DNA from: Phycisphaeraceae bacterium
GTDB taxonomy: Bacteria > Planctomycetota > Phycisphaerae > Phycisphaerales > Phycisphaeraceae
Direction of reading: 5' to 3'
Assembly: GCA_963674705.1 (NCBI GenBank)
Contig: OY771506.1
Span: forward strand, 1,952,001 to 2,016,000
Length of the DNA: 64,000 bases
Part shown: positions 8,333 through 18,429 of the stretch, piece after piece
How the letters are laid out: every line of letters starts with the position of its first letter
Position numbering within the stretch: the first letter of the stretch is position 1
The notes under the pieces: model-generated
What the model saw: the letters and a program-made list of their open reading frames with translations, nothing else
Databases searched by the model: none
What the model was told of the DNA's origin: nothing
Program-made: the position numbers and the translations under genes

Positions 8333-9898
8333 ATGCTCTTGATGCTGGGGATGATTGACATGGTTCGTAATTCGTCGCGGTATATCGTCTGGTTACTTTT
8401 GCTTCTTGTGCTGGTCGATGGGACGCATGCTTATGGGGATCGGTGGTCGGATCAGCGGCTTGCGATGCGGCGGGATCGGGTGCAGTTGCAGCAGCAGGCG
8501 GATGAAGACCGTGAGGCGCGGGCGGCGCATGCGCGGCAGCAGGTGCAAACGCTTATTGATAAGGTGAAAGCGGGGGAGGTGAAGGTTGCGAAGGATGAGC
8601 TTTGGCAGCTGGTGGCGGGGCTTTGTTATTTAAGCCCGGAGACGGTGGGGGATTTGCCGAAGCAGGTGCGCGCGTTGGAAGGGGCGGGCGATGAGACGGA
8701 CAAGGCCGGTGAACTTGCGCTGGCACAGACGAAGGAAGCGGTGACGGCGAGGCCCTGGGAGTTATTGCAGGCGGCGTCGAACATCGGGTACATCGGATTA
8801 GCGAGTGACTTCATGTGGGAGGTGTTGTACTTCGATCCGGATTACGAGCCGATCCGCCGGGCGCTTGGGCAGAAGAAAATCGATCCGGAATTGGTTGAAA
8901 ATCTTCAACTGACGGAGATCGCGGGGAAGCTGGTCGAGCAGGTGCCTGAGCTGCGTGAGCATCATCCCAACCGGTACTGGTTCAGCTCGTTTGATGCGGC
9001 GCGGATCAGGGAGGGGCTTTGGTGGGACGATCGTTACGGGTGGATGCTCGCGAAGTTCCCGGAGCGATATGAGAAGGGATATGTGTATGACCTTCAACGC
9101 AAGATGTGGACGACGCTGGATGAAGCCAACGCATTTCATTCCAAGCCCGGTAAGGACTGGCAGGTGCAGACGGAGCATCTGTTGATCCAGGGGACGGCAG
9201 ACTTGCAGACGCTGGTCACGGTGGCGGATCAATTGGAGGCGATGTACGACGAGATCTTCGTGACGTTCGCGCAGTTTTTCACGAATTCACGACGCCTGGA
9301 CGCGATGCGTTTTGCATTCGGATTGGCGGAGCATCAGCCCTTGAAGATCTGGGTGTATGCGACGCATGAAGAGTACGTGAAGCGCGCAAACGCGGTCGGC
9401 TGGAGCGGGGGCGTGTTCCGGCAATCGAACGGTACGGCTTACTTTTTTGGCAAACCCAGCCAGACGATGTATCACGAGTTTACGCACCAGGTGCTGCACG
9501 TCATGACGGGGAAGAACAATTCACCGACATGGCTGACGGAAGGCGTGGCGGTATATGCTCAGACTGTGCGGTTTGATATGCGTGGCGCGCAGTTCCCCGG
9601 GGCGCGGCCGAACGATCGGTGGTCGGTCGATCAGATGATGCTGTTGCGCAGCGGCAAAGACTGGTACCGTGCGGTGGAGAACGCGAAACGTGACGGGCTT
9701 GATTCGCCTTACGGCTCGTGCGGGTCTTTGGTGACGTTCGCGATGCAGTATCAGGATGGTTTGCTGCAGGCGGACTTTATCGATTTTTTACGCGATTCAT
9801 ACCGGCAGGGCACGGGCAAGTGGGCGATCTGGGATTACATGGGATTGAACGAGTCGCAATTCAAGTATGAATACGCGAAGTGGTTGGCGGGGCAATGA
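8333..9898 (+). CDS. DUF1570-like/gluzincin HExxH metallopeptidase-like secreted protein
   Basis: MYHEFTHQ followed by PTWLTEGVA; N-terminal signal; RRALGQ motif. Confidence 0.75.
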   Translation: MLLMLGMIDMVRNSSRYIVWLLLLLVLVDGTHAYGDRWSDQRLAMRRDRVQLQQQADEDREARAAHARQQVQTLIDKVKAGEVKVAKDELWQLVAGLCYLSPETVGDLPKQVRALEGAGDETDKAGELALAQTKEAVTARPWELLQAASNIGYIGLASDFMWEVLYFDPDYEPIRRALGQKKIDPELVENLQLTEIAGKLVEQVPELREHHPNRYWFSSFDAARIREGLWWDDRYGWMLAKFPERYEKGYVYDLQRKMWTTLDEANAFHSKPGKDWQVQTEHLLIQGTADLQTLVTVADQLEAMYDEIFVTFAQFFTNSRRLDAMRFAFGLAEHQPLKIWVYATHEEYVKRANAVGWSGGVFRQSNGTAYFFGKPSQTMYHEFTHQVLHVMTGKNNSPTWLTEGVAVYAQTVRFDMRGAQFPGARPNDRWSVDQMMLLRSGKDWYRAVENAKRDGLDSPYGSCGSLVTFAMQYQDGLLQADFIDFLRDSYRQGTGKWAIWDYMGLNESQFKYEYAKWLAGQ

Positions 9899-9912
9899 GG
9901 GAACACAATTTT

Positions 9913-9945
9913 ATTTAGCCCCACGTCGACGACCGGGGGCTAAAT
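9913..9945. repeat. REP-like hairpin, family A copy 2 (shorter), between convergent genes
   Basis: ATTTAGCCCCACGTCGACGACCGGGGGCTAAAT shares both ends with 8211-8268. Confidence 0.75.
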
Positions 9946-9956
9946 GTAATAGGAAT

Positions 9957-11567
9957 TTACGGCATCTGCCCCTTCGCTTCAGCTTCGCGACGAACGCGCG
10001 CCGCTTCTTCCCAGCTCATATCGACGTTACCACCGTATTCTCTGACCCATGCCTCACGTCGAGACATGCCTTCACCGCGCACCGCGTAAGGCGGTGGCGC
10101 GATCGGGTTATCCGAATGATTTTCGATGCCGGGCGGTAACGCTGCCTTCCAGCCTTGCGCTAATCGTTCAGCAAGTTCGTCGCGGATCGATTCGTACTCG
10201 GCATGGTCTGCAAGGTTTTCGATTTCGCGAGAATCTTTTTGGTAGTCGTAGAGTTCCTGCAGAAGCAGTTCGCCTGTCGCTTCGCGGGTCCATTCAACGT
10301 AGCGATAGCGATCGGTGCGGATCGCGTGGCCGTAGATATGATCGAGCATGCCGCGCGGCTGGCGCGTAAACACAGCCGACTTCCAGGGCCGATCCGGATC
10401 ATCAAGCAGCGGCACGACACTTGTGCCTTCGAGATATTCGGGTGCCGGCAGGCCGCAGAGTTCTACGAGCGTGGGATAAAGGTCGACCAGTTCGACAAAG
10501 GCTCTGCTTCGCGAGCCGTGCTTATCACTTCGGCCGTCCACGATAATCAGCGGGACGTGCAGCGCCGCTTCGTAGTTGGTTGTTTTCGACCAATGGTTCT
10601 GATCGCCGAGGTGGAAGCCGTGGTCGGAGGTGATGACGATGATGGTGTTATCCAACAGGTCTAGCTCATCTGCTTTGGCGACAAGATCACCTACCAGGTG
10701 ATCGATGAAACTGACGCACGCATAGTAAGCCTGCCTGGCTTCACGGGTGTACTGTGCGGAGAAGGGGCGCGTGCGGTCGTTGTGTTCCCATTTGTATTGA
10801 TCGAGCACGTAACGGTCGATCGTCCAGTCGGGTGCGCCCAACGGATGCAACGGGCTTTCCGGCAGCGGCACTTTTTCTACCGGATATAGATCGTAAAACT
10901 GCTTCGGTGCAACGAACGGCAGGTGCGGTTTATGAAAACCGACCGCGAAGAAGAAAGGTTGGTCTTGCTTCGCCGCCGTTTCGAGTGCTGACATCGCTTC
11001 GTTTGCGATCAGTGCGTCGCGGTGTACTTCGATTGTCGATCGAGAAGCTTCGAACGGTGGGCCGCCGGTGGATTTATCTTTCGTTGCTGCGTTTTCCGGG
11101 TTGAAGTATGTCTGCGCGTTTCCCTGGAACCACGGTTCGGACAGGCTCTCGAGGTCCTGGCCGTGATGCACTTTGCCGAAGTGTCGTGTGTAGTAGCCGT
11201 GCGACTTGAAGTATGCCGACACCGTCGGGTGTTTGGGCAAGACTTCCTGCACGAAGTATTCGCTGTAAGGATAATTCACGCCGGCCGTTTCGGGGCGCAG
11301 ACCGGTCAGGAAGCTTGCTCGCGATGCGGAGCAGACAGGCTGCTGCGTGTAAGCCCGTTCAAAAAGCATGCCTTGGTCGGCGAGCTTGTCGAGATTGGGC
11401 GTGACCATATTCTCGTGGCCATACGCGGTTATGGTTGTATTCAGGTCGTCAACGATGATAAACAATACGTTCGGCCGCTCTTGCTGTGCGGACAATGAAG
11501 AAGCGGTCAGCATCACACCGAGCGCGATACAAATCAGGCAGCGAAAAGAGAACATTACTTTTCTCAT
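9957..11567 (-). CDS. Formylglycine-dependent sulfatase (iduronate-2-sulfatase-like)
   Basis: PNVLFIIVDDL, CSASRASFLTG, GFHKPHLPF and SDHGFHLG motifs; signal peptide. Confidence 0.93.
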   Translation of the reverse strand: MRKVMFSFRCLICIALGVMLTASSLSAQQERPNVLFIIVDDLNTTITAYGHENMVTPNLDKLADQGMLFERAYTQQPVCSASRASFLTGLRPETAGVNYPYSEYFVQEVLPKHPTVSAYFKSHGYYTRHFGKVHHGQDLESLSEPWFQGNAQTYFNPENAATKDKSTGGPPFEASRSTIEVHRDALIANEAMSALETAAKQDQPFFFAVGFHKPHLPFVAPKQFYDLYPVEKVPLPESPLHPLGAPDWTIDRYVLDQYKWEHNDRTRPFSAQYTREARQAYYACVSFIDHLVGDLVAKADELDLLDNTIIVITSDHGFHLGDQNHWSKTTNYEAALHVPLIIVDGRSDKHGSRSRAFVELVDLYPTLVELCGLPAPEYLEGTSVVPLLDDPDRPWKSAVFTRQPRGMLDHIYGHAIRTDRYRYVEWTREATGELLLQELYDYQKDSREIENLADHAEYESIRDELAERLAQGWKAALPPGIENHSDNPIAPPPYAVRGEGMSRREAWVREYGGNVDMSWEEAARVRREAEAKGQMP

Positions 11568-11616
11568 GAGATGCCCTTTGGTAATAAGTTGTCATGCATG
11601 TGAATCGAACGATGTT

Positions 11617-11697
11617 GGGCGCCACACTTTGACTGCTCAGCAGCAAAGTGTGCTTTTTTAGAACACACTTCGCCCTCCGGGACAAAGTGTGGCACCC
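11617..11697. repeat. REP/REPIN-like element, family B copy 1
   Basis: GGGCGCCACACTTTG...CAAAGTGTG...CACACTT...CAAAGTGTGGCACCC: terminal inverted repeats with two internal hairpins. Confidence 0.75.
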
Positions 11698-11728
11698 ATT
11701 ACGGTGGGATTGTACTCACGCACAATAT

Positions 11729-12715
11729 TTACCCGACTGGCGTCCAATTATAAGGCACGTATTGATACGCAAAGCTGCCGTCGTCGTACAAGTCGATGAT
11801 GCCGTAGCCTTCTTCGCATTCATGCCAGTTGCCGCCCCACCAGGCGCCGCAGACTGCGCCGCCGCAGATGTACGTGATGTCGAGATACTCGACACGGTCG
11901 ACCAGGTGCATGTGGCCGCTCAGACACAGCTTGATGTTCTTGTGCTGGTAGAACAGGTCCTTGATGCGGTGCAGATCGGTGTGCATGAACTCGCCGGGGA
12001 TTTGCGTGCGTCCTTCCTTGAAAAAGTCTTCATCAAAGAACGGCGTCACCGCGACGATCGGGATGTGTGACACGAACAGGATAGGCGTATCGGGATTGAC
12101 GCTTGCAAGGTCCTTGCTAAGCCATTCGAACTGCTCTTCGTCGAGTTTCGCGATGTAGACCGCTTTAGGATTGGGATTCACTTGCGTGCTGTCGAGGATG
12201 ATGAAGTGCCAGCCCGCCTTATCGAAGCTGTAGTAAGGCTTATCAATACCGAATCGCTGCATCGCCCATTGCTTGCCCCAGAGTGGTTCTTCGCCGGTCG
12301 TTTTGCTTTTCTCTTTTTCCCAGCCCCAGATGTCGTGGTTACCGATGCAGTGCTTGACGGGTAGCGGCCAGTTCTCGCTCAGCACGCTATCCCAGAGATC
12401 CCAGAGTTCTTGTGTGCGTGCTTCATCCTGTGCCAGGGCGTCCATGATCGCGTCGCCGCCGGTGATCAGTAATTCCGGTGGGTCTTCAAGCGAGCGAGCG
12501 TGTTTCAACGCTGCTGCCATACCCAGGCCGCCACCCATCTCCGGCTTGACGTGGACGTCCGTCATGTGTGCGAAGCGTAGTACACGCTTCGGCGTCTTCC
12601 GGCTTGTCGATACAACTTCAGCTTCGGTTTCGTCGGCTTTTTGCAGAAGGATGGCGCCTGCCATCGCACCAGTCGACAGTTTGATCATGCTGCGTCGTGA
12701 GATATTGTGATCCAT
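11729..12715 (-). CDS. Tat-exported calcineurin-like metallophosphoesterase (Icc/CpdA-like)
   Basis: SRRSMIK twin-arginine signal; DxH, GGD, GNHD and GHMH motifs. Confidence 0.9.
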   Translation of the reverse strand: MDHNISRRSMIKLSTGAMAGAILLQKADETEAEVVSTSRKTPKRVLRFAHMTDVHVKPEMGGGLGMAAALKHARSLEDPPELLITGGDAIMDALAQDEARTQELWDLWDSVLSENWPLPVKHCIGNHDIWGWEKEKSKTTGEEPLWGKQWAMQRFGIDKPYYSFDKAGWHFIILDSTQVNPNPKAVYIAKLDEEQFEWLSKDLASVNPDTPILFVSHIPIVAVTPFFDEDFFKEGRTQIPGEFMHTDLHRIKDLFYQHKNIKLCLSGHMHLVDRVEYLDITYICGGAVCGAWWGGNWHECEEGYGIIDLYDDGSFAYQYVPYNWTPVG

Positions 12716-12786
12716 GAGATGTTCCTTCAAGTGCCCCCCGGAAGTGGAGGTGTTTGTGTTAATAATGGTGTGTCAAAGCTGATGTC

Positions 12787-13521
12787 TTACTTCGTCGGCG
12801 GACAGACAGATTCAAGAACAGGTGTGATGGTCTGGACCCATAGCTCGTAGCCCTTGGCGTTCATATGCAGCAGGTCCTGCTGGAAGAAGTCGGGCGACGG
12901 TGGCCCGCCGGGCGTAGGGGCGGATGCGAGGAATGGGGCAGGCGCATCGATGTAGTAGAGATTCTCGTGCTGCTGGGCGTATTTTTGGATCAAATCATTT
13001 GCGATGTGCATCTGTGGCCAGTGTTGCCAGCGTGATTCGGTTGGGGTGATGCCGATGAAAAAGATCGGGCCTTGGAACGGTTCGCTGCCGGTGCGCAGTA
13101 GATGGACGAACTGCTTGTAATCTTCAAAGACTTCCTGCCCGCTCTTACCGCCGTTGACATCGTTGCTGCCTTCAAACACGACCACCGCGGCGGGGTGGTA
13201 CGGCAAGACGATCTGTTCGGTATAAAGATTCGCATCGGCGAAGGATGATCCGCCGAAGCCGCGCTGGATGACATCGTATTGCGGGAAGTCTTCATGCAGT
13301 GTGTTCCACAAGCGGATGCTCGAACTGCCGATGAACAGGATCGCGTTTTCAGGCGGGGGGGCTTTGGCATCCTGCTGAACCCAGGCATCGATCACAGGCT
13401 GGAACCGGTTCGCCGGCTGAGGTTCCGGTTGTGGCCTTGTCTGCGGCGCGGATCGGCAGGAGATCAGCGAGGGGAGGATCAACATGCCTGCCAACACGAG
13501 AATGAAGTCGTTCCGGGCCAT
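12787..13521 (-). CDS. SGNH/GDSL hydrolase lipoprotein
   Basis: Lipobox LISC; FIGSSSI, RGFGGS, GSND and DLLH blocks. Confidence 0.88.
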   Translation of the reverse strand: MARNDFILVLAGMLILPSLISCRSAPQTRPQPEPQPANRFQPVIDAWVQQDAKAPPPENAILFIGSSSIRLWNTLHEDFPQYDVIQRGFGGSSFADANLYTEQIVLPYHPAAVVVFEGSNDVNGGKSGQEVFEDYKQFVHLLRTGSEPFQGPIFFIGITPTESRWQHWPQMHIANDLIQKYAQQHENLYYIDAPAPFLASAPTPGGPPSPDFFQQDLLHMNAKGYELWVQTITPVLESVCPPTK

Positions 13522-13656
13522 GGATCTTGCCTCCACTATCTATATAGATGGCCAACTTACCTGGCTGTTGGCACGCCTGATTCACATCGCGATTGAGTGC
13601 GGGAAACGGTTCTGACGGCGTCTCGAATCGCTGCTTCAAGGCCAACGAATCTATAA

Positions 13657-13669
13657 TGTAAACGATTCA
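13657..13669. promoter_or_regulatory. Candidate LacI-family operator
   Basis: TGTAAACGATTCA with central CG, in the divergent intergenic region upstream of the LacI-family gene. Confidence 0.4.
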
Positions 13670-13775
13670 AAAACAAGCATAAATCGCCAAAATTAATCGA
13701 AAAAAATACATTATTAATATCATAATTACTTAATAATCAACAATTTGTAAATTTAATCCCTACGTCTTGTTTTTG

Positions 13776-13803
13776 TTGACAACGATATCCTGATTGGTAC
13801 AAT
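13776..13803 (+). promoter_or_regulatory. Sigma70-type promoter of the LacI-family gene
   Basis: TTGACA-N16-TACAAT with extended -10 TG. Confidence 0.6.
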
Positions 13804-13869
13804 GCGGGCGTTGAGATTGGCAGAAATGAAATCGTAATTATTTGGATCGATCGTAGGCCGGAGGGCCCC

Positions 13870-14904
13870 TTGGCAACCACCATCGCTCAAATCGCACAAG
13901 CCGCCGGCGTTTCTGTCGGGACGGTTTCCCGTGTGCTCAACGGCAAGGGGGAATCGAGCCGGCCCGCGGCGGCGCGACGCGCGCAGGAGATCCGGCGGAT
14001 CGCGCGTGAGTATGGGTATCGGCCAAACCTCGCGGCGCGCAACGTTCGCAACGGCCGATTCGGTGCGGTCGCGTTCCTGAGCTGTTCGGATATCGGCGCC
14101 GATGTTTTTGAACTGCCGGTGCTGCACGGCATCCAGTCCGAACTCATGCCGTTGAACCTTCGGCTGACCATGTGCGAGCTGACCAAGGCCGCCTTCGAGC
14201 GTCCACATACGATCCCGCACGTCTTCCGTGAGTCTTCGGTGGACGGCGTGATGATCGATTACCTCTTCGATGTGCCCAGCCAGGTGACGGAGTTGATCCG
14301 TGACAGCCACGTACCCGTGGTCTGGCTGAACCGTAAGCGTGAGTTGGATTGTGTCTACCCGGACGACTTCGAGGGTGGGCGCATGGCGACGCGGCATCTG
14401 ATTCAGATGGGGCACAAGAAGCTGGCATTCATCAGTTATCACGAGGCCGACGGCTTCAATCACTACAGCGTGTTCGATCGCAGTGATGGTTTTGCTTCGG
14501 CGATGTTTGAAGCCGGGCTCAAACCCGTTGCTAATGAGATGACGGAAGGGTTCACGCTTGGCCGTGCACCGGAACGGGCGATGCGTTTGTTGAATCGGCC
14601 CGACCGTCCGACGGCTGTGGTGTGCTATGAAAAGCACGAAGCGGTCGCGATGTGGACGGCGGCTGCGGCGCTTGGTATCCGCGTCCCCGAAGAGTTATCA
14701 ATTATCGCGTTCAGTAATGATCGTATCCGTAACCAGACGGGTTTACCTGTCACCACGATGATTGTTCCGTTTAAGGAAGTTGGCCGTCAGGCGGTTTACA
14801 TGCTCAATCGCGCCATCGAGCAGGGCATCGAGGAGCAGCCGGCGCGGCCAATCCAGTATGAGTTAGACGAGGCGACAAGAAGTTGTGCGCCGCCTTCTGA
14901 ATGA
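13870..14904 (+). CDS. LacI-family transcriptional regulator
   Basis: TIAQIAQAAGVSVGTVSRVLNG HTH, YRPNLAAR hinge, periplasmic-binding-type sensor domain. Confidence 0.95.
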   Translation: MATTIAQIAQAAGVSVGTVSRVLNGKGESSRPAAARRAQEIRRIAREYGYRPNLAARNVRNGRFGAVAFLSCSDIGADVFELPVLHGIQSELMPLNLRLTMCELTKAAFERPHTIPHVFRESSVDGVMIDYLFDVPSQVTELIRDSHVPVVWLNRKRELDCVYPDDFEGGRMATRHLIQMGHKKLAFISYHEADGFNHYSVFDRSDGFASAMFEAGLKPVANEMTEGFTLGRAPERAMRLLNRPDRPTAVVCYEKHEAVAMWTAAAALGIRVPEELSIIAFSNDRIRNQTGLPVTTMIVPFKEVGRQAVYMLNRAIEQGIEEQPARPIQYELDEATRSCAPPSE

Positions 14905-15055
14905 GTGCACGTATTCGGCCGTTTTAACTCGGCACGCGTGTGTCGAGGGCAAAGCGGCGTCTGTTTTGAACGGATCACACTGTGAACAGCCGGCAGGACT
15001 TCGAGTGTCTACGAGGGCCAAACCCGGCGCACCATGCATGAGGAGGAGATGAATC

Positions 15056-15700
15056 ATGATTCGTAAGACTTTTGCCATGTTAGCCATATTGGCGTTGCCC
15101 GCAGCGGCGTCCGCCGGCGTGCTCGACGCCTCGTTCGAGTCGGCGCCCGCTGACTTTGACGGCTGGGAAATGTCAGGCGCCCGTGTTGCGGGCGATGCCG
15201 GCACGATCGGTGTCACTGACGGCGTGCAAAGCCTCGCGCTGACACTCAGCGGTGACGGGTTTGCCTGGGATATCAGGTCGTTCTACGACGCCGCCGCGAT
15301 GAGTGCCGCGGTTGCAGGCGGCGGCACGTTCGAATTCGACGTGACCTACGACACATCGAGCATCCCGCAGAGCGCCGTTTCCTTCCTGAATCTGTCCATC
15401 TACGCCGATGGTGGCTTGTCGCCGTGGGCGCAGAAAAACAGCCTGGCGACGACCAACGGCACGACGAACGAAACGATCCACATTGCGCTGTCGCTTGTCG
15501 ATGACCTTAAATTCGTGACCGGCGATAGCTGGTACAAGATTGGGATCGGGTTCAACGGCGACTGGGTCGACGACCTCGATCCGCGCAACACCACTGACGC
15601 AACCGTTTATATAGACAACGTTGTTATCACCCCTGAGCCCGCTTCGCTAGCGCTGCTCGGCCTGGGGGGGTTGGCGATCGCCAGCCGACGTCGCGCCTGA
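15056..15700 (+). CDS. PEP-CTERM protein with a CBM-like beta-sandwich domain
   Basis: Signal peptide; C-terminal [23 protein letters not shown]; strong GGAGG RBS. Confidence 0.88.
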   Translation: MIRKTFAMLAILALPAAASAGVLDASFESAPADFDGWEMSGARVAGDAGTIGVTDGVQSLALTLSGDGFAWDIRSFYDAAAMSAAVAGGGTFEFDVTYDTSSIPQSAVSFLNLSIYADGGLSPWAQKNSLATTNGTTNETIHIALSLVDDLKFVTGDSWYKIGIGFNGDWVDDLDPRNTTDATVYIDNVVITPEPASLALLGLGGLAIASRRRA

Positions 15701-15715
15701 ACGATTAGACACCAC

Positions 15716-15750
15716 GCTCCCGGCTGGTGAAAGCCGACCGGGAGTTTTGT
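15716..15750 (+). terminator. Intrinsic terminator-like hairpin
   Basis: CTCCCGG...GAAA...CCGGGAG followed by TTTTGT. Confidence 0.6.
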
Positions 15751-15824
15751 TGAAAAAACACGCACACGTATACCCGGCTATGCGGCCTGACAGCTCGCAT
15801 GTGTCCGGTGCTTGGAGGCACAAC

Positions 15825-16625
15825 ATGACCCGTCGAAGTGGTTTTACACTTATCGAATTACTCGTCGTCATTTCCATCATCGCGCTGCTGGTGGGTATTT
15901 TGCTGCCGGCGCTCGGCGCTGCGCGCAGGTCGGCACAAAGACTTCATGATCTGAGCAACCTCCGACAGTTCAACGTCGCGCACACGACCTGGGCCGTCGA
16001 CCACAAAGGCAAGCTGCCACAGGCGTCCACTTACAGCAACGCCGCGAATGCCTCGCTTAACGGCTGGTACCGTTTCGATCTGTTCAAGGAAATGACTGAC
16101 GGCTACGGACTGCCGCTGCAGGCTTTCGGCTGTATCAGTTACGACGAGTTAACCAATGAGTACGTCGAAGGGCTTAGGGAAGACAACACCACAGAACGAA
16201 TCTGGATCCACTGGATGTATTACGGCGGATTGAACGTCACCGCCGGGCCTAAAACACCCAACCCCGGCGGGATACAGATCGACATCGAGACCAAGGAAGA
16301 GTTTAACTTCCCCGCCACGATGGATGATGTCTGTGACAGTGAGATGCTGGCGGTTTGTTCTCACGGCATGACCAACCAGTCATGGGGCAGTTGGCTGCCG
16401 CACCTGAACGGGACCAATGAACGACTGGAGAAAGACAGCGGCAAGCTGTTTATCACACCCAGCCGCGTTCCGGTCTGGGACCGTTACCCGAAACAGTACA
16501 AGCCGGACGGTGTGAACGCTTCGTATCGCGACGGTTCGGCACATTGGATCGAAACCGACGATCTGGCGGTCTTCAGCCCGAAGAACTCCGGCATCACCAT
16601 GTACTTCTATGACAAACAGAAATAA
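15825..16625 (+). CDS. Prepilin-type N-terminal cleavage/methylation protein (DUF1559-like)
   Basis: [26 protein letters not shown]-terminal [14 protein letters not shown] at 15825 after GGAGG. Confidence 0.92.
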   Translation: MTRRSGFTLIELLVVISIIALLVGILLPALGAARRSAQRLHDLSNLRQFNVAHTTWAVDHKGKLPQASTYSNAANASLNGWYRFDLFKEMTDGYGLPLQAFGCISYDELTNEYVEGLREDNTTERIWIHWMYYGGLNVTAGPKTPNPGGIQIDIETKEEFNFPATMDDVCDSEMLAVCSHGMTNQSWGSWLPHLNGTNERLEKDSGKLFITPSRVPVWDRYPKQYKPDGVNASYRDGSAHWIETDDLAVFSPKNSGITMYFYDKQK

Positions 16626-16706
16626 TGAGCCTTTCCGGAAACTAAAGCGTTCGTATAACGCAATCAGAATATGATGCACGCACATCAACACTGGAGGATG
16701 ATTGTG

Positions 16707-18305
16707 ATGAGAACACGATGGACACTCACGGCGGCCTGCCTGATACTCGGGCTGGTCGCCACCAGCCCCGCGCTGGCGGTATCAACCTATTCACCCAGTC
16801 AGGCTGACCTGTATGACATTGTCGACGTGACCCTTGACTGGGGCGGCGGCGGGTCTTTGTATACCGGCGGCGGCACCGCTTATGGATTGGTCGGTTCTGA
16901 CGGCGTTCGTTATGACATGGACTTCTCACCACTGGCGCCCCCGGCCGGTGATGGTTTCTCCCGCGTGGTACTTGCAAACAACAGTTTCAACGTCGATCTG
17001 ACCGGTTACGACCGGTTCGATATCCTGTTTACGTCTGAAACCCTTGAGGAGATGAAGGTCAAGACCTACATCAACACCGGCAGCACCGGTTTCTATCAGA
17101 GCGAGTTGACCTCCGTATTTGTAGATGACTACGAACCTACCCGGATCACAATCGATCTTTCGACCGTCGACAATCTCGATGACGTGCGCGGCTTCGGCAT
17201 CCAGATGCTTGTGCCGGGCAGCCCCATCGCGTATGCACAAACAGCGCTCGTGCAGACCGCGCCGCCTTACGTCGAAACCAAGATGGTCGAGGTCCTCAAG
17301 ATCGATTCATTTGAACGCACGGAACTGGCGACCGGGGCCGACGGCGACGGCTGGGCGCACTTCGGCTTCGTGCCCGGACCGACCGAATCCAACACGACCT
17401 TCGTCTCCACCACTGTCGGCGCGACCGACGGAACCTATGCCGGTAAAATCGTCCGTGCCGGCGGCGCGAACTCAACCTTCAAGTGGGGGATGGAACGCGT
17501 CTGGACATCCACTGGCGACGACAGGCCAGTCCCTGCCGATGCGGACTTCGACGACCCGGACGACACCGCCGTCCCCACAATCACGCAGGAAGAAGTGGAA
17601 CTGACCGCGGCCGCATTCAACGAGGCGACGCACATCGCTTTTGATGTGACCTATGACACCGCGGACTTTGGCCCGGAAGTGACATACGCCAAGCTCGCCA
17701 TCGTCATCAACGACAGCACCGGCGCGTGGTATCAGAAGGGCGGCGACCTGGCGTTCGTGAACCCGCAATACCTGGACCCGGGCACGACGACGCTTCACAT
17801 TGAAATGCCGTTGACGCAACTGCTCGCGGGTAGCAGCAGCAGTTATGTGCCGTTGGGCACGCCGTTCCAAGGCATCTTCATGGGCGGCGAAAACCCGGAA
17901 GACCCGGAAGGTGATCCGCTGCCGCCTTCCGACCTGATCGTGCTTGGTTTTGCGACCATCATCGGCGATGAGAACAACAACTCCGTCGCCGGCGCCGCGA
18001 TCATCGACAACCTCAGACTTCTCAAGAAAATCGCGGTTTCCGATATCCCCGGTGATTTAAACAACGACGGTTTCGTCGGCCTGGACGATCTGGACATCGT
18101 ACTGTCTAACTGGAACCAGAACGTCGCGGTCGGCGACCTGACAGCCGGCGATGCGACTGATGACGGGTACGTCGGTCTGGGCGATCTGGATATCATCCTG
18201 AACAACTGGAACGCCGGGACGCCGCCCGCGAACGTGGTGCCCGAACCGGCTGCCGTGATGTCGCTGCTCGTGCTGGGAAGCACGCTGGCCTGCCGCCGGC
18301 GCTAG
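16707..18305 (+). CDS. PEP-CTERM protein with CBM-like domains and a dockerin-like repeat
   Basis: Signal peptide; two GDLNNDGFVGLDDLDIVLSNWN-type repeats; VPEP sorting signal. Confidence 0.88.
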   Translation: MRTRWTLTAACLILGLVATSPALAVSTYSPSQADLYDIVDVTLDWGGGGSLYTGGGTAYGLVGSDGVRYDMDFSPLAPPAGDGFSRVVLANNSFNVDLTGYDRFDILFTSETLEEMKVKTYINTGSTGFYQSELTSVFVDDYEPTRITIDLSTVDNLDDVRGFGIQMLVPGSPIAYAQTALVQTAPPYVETKMVEVLKIDSFERTELATGADGDGWAHFGFVPGPTESNTTFVSTTVGATDGTYAGKIVRAGGANSTFKWGMERVWTSTGDDRPVPADADFDDPDDTAVPTITQEEVELTAAAFNEATHIAFDVTYDTADFGPEVTYAKLAIVINDSTGAWYQKGGDLAFVNPQYLDPGTTTLHIEMPLTQLLAGSSSSYVPLGTPFQGIFMGGENPEDPEGDPLPPSDLIVLGFATIIGDENNNSVAGAAIIDNLRLLKKIAVSDIPGDLNNDGFVGLDDLDIVLSNWNQNVAVGDLTAGDATDDGYVGLGDLDIILNNWNAGTPPANVVPEPAAVMSLLVLGSTLACRRR

Positions 18306-18429
18306 CACGTCACAGTGCGTTTGGTTAAGTTACTTTGACACCGCCCCGCCTGACAGCGCGGCGGTGCCTTTCAAGACGGGGTCGGCCCGTCTGGTTTCAA
18401 GTTTTTTTTTGAACACTTGGGTTGTGAAC

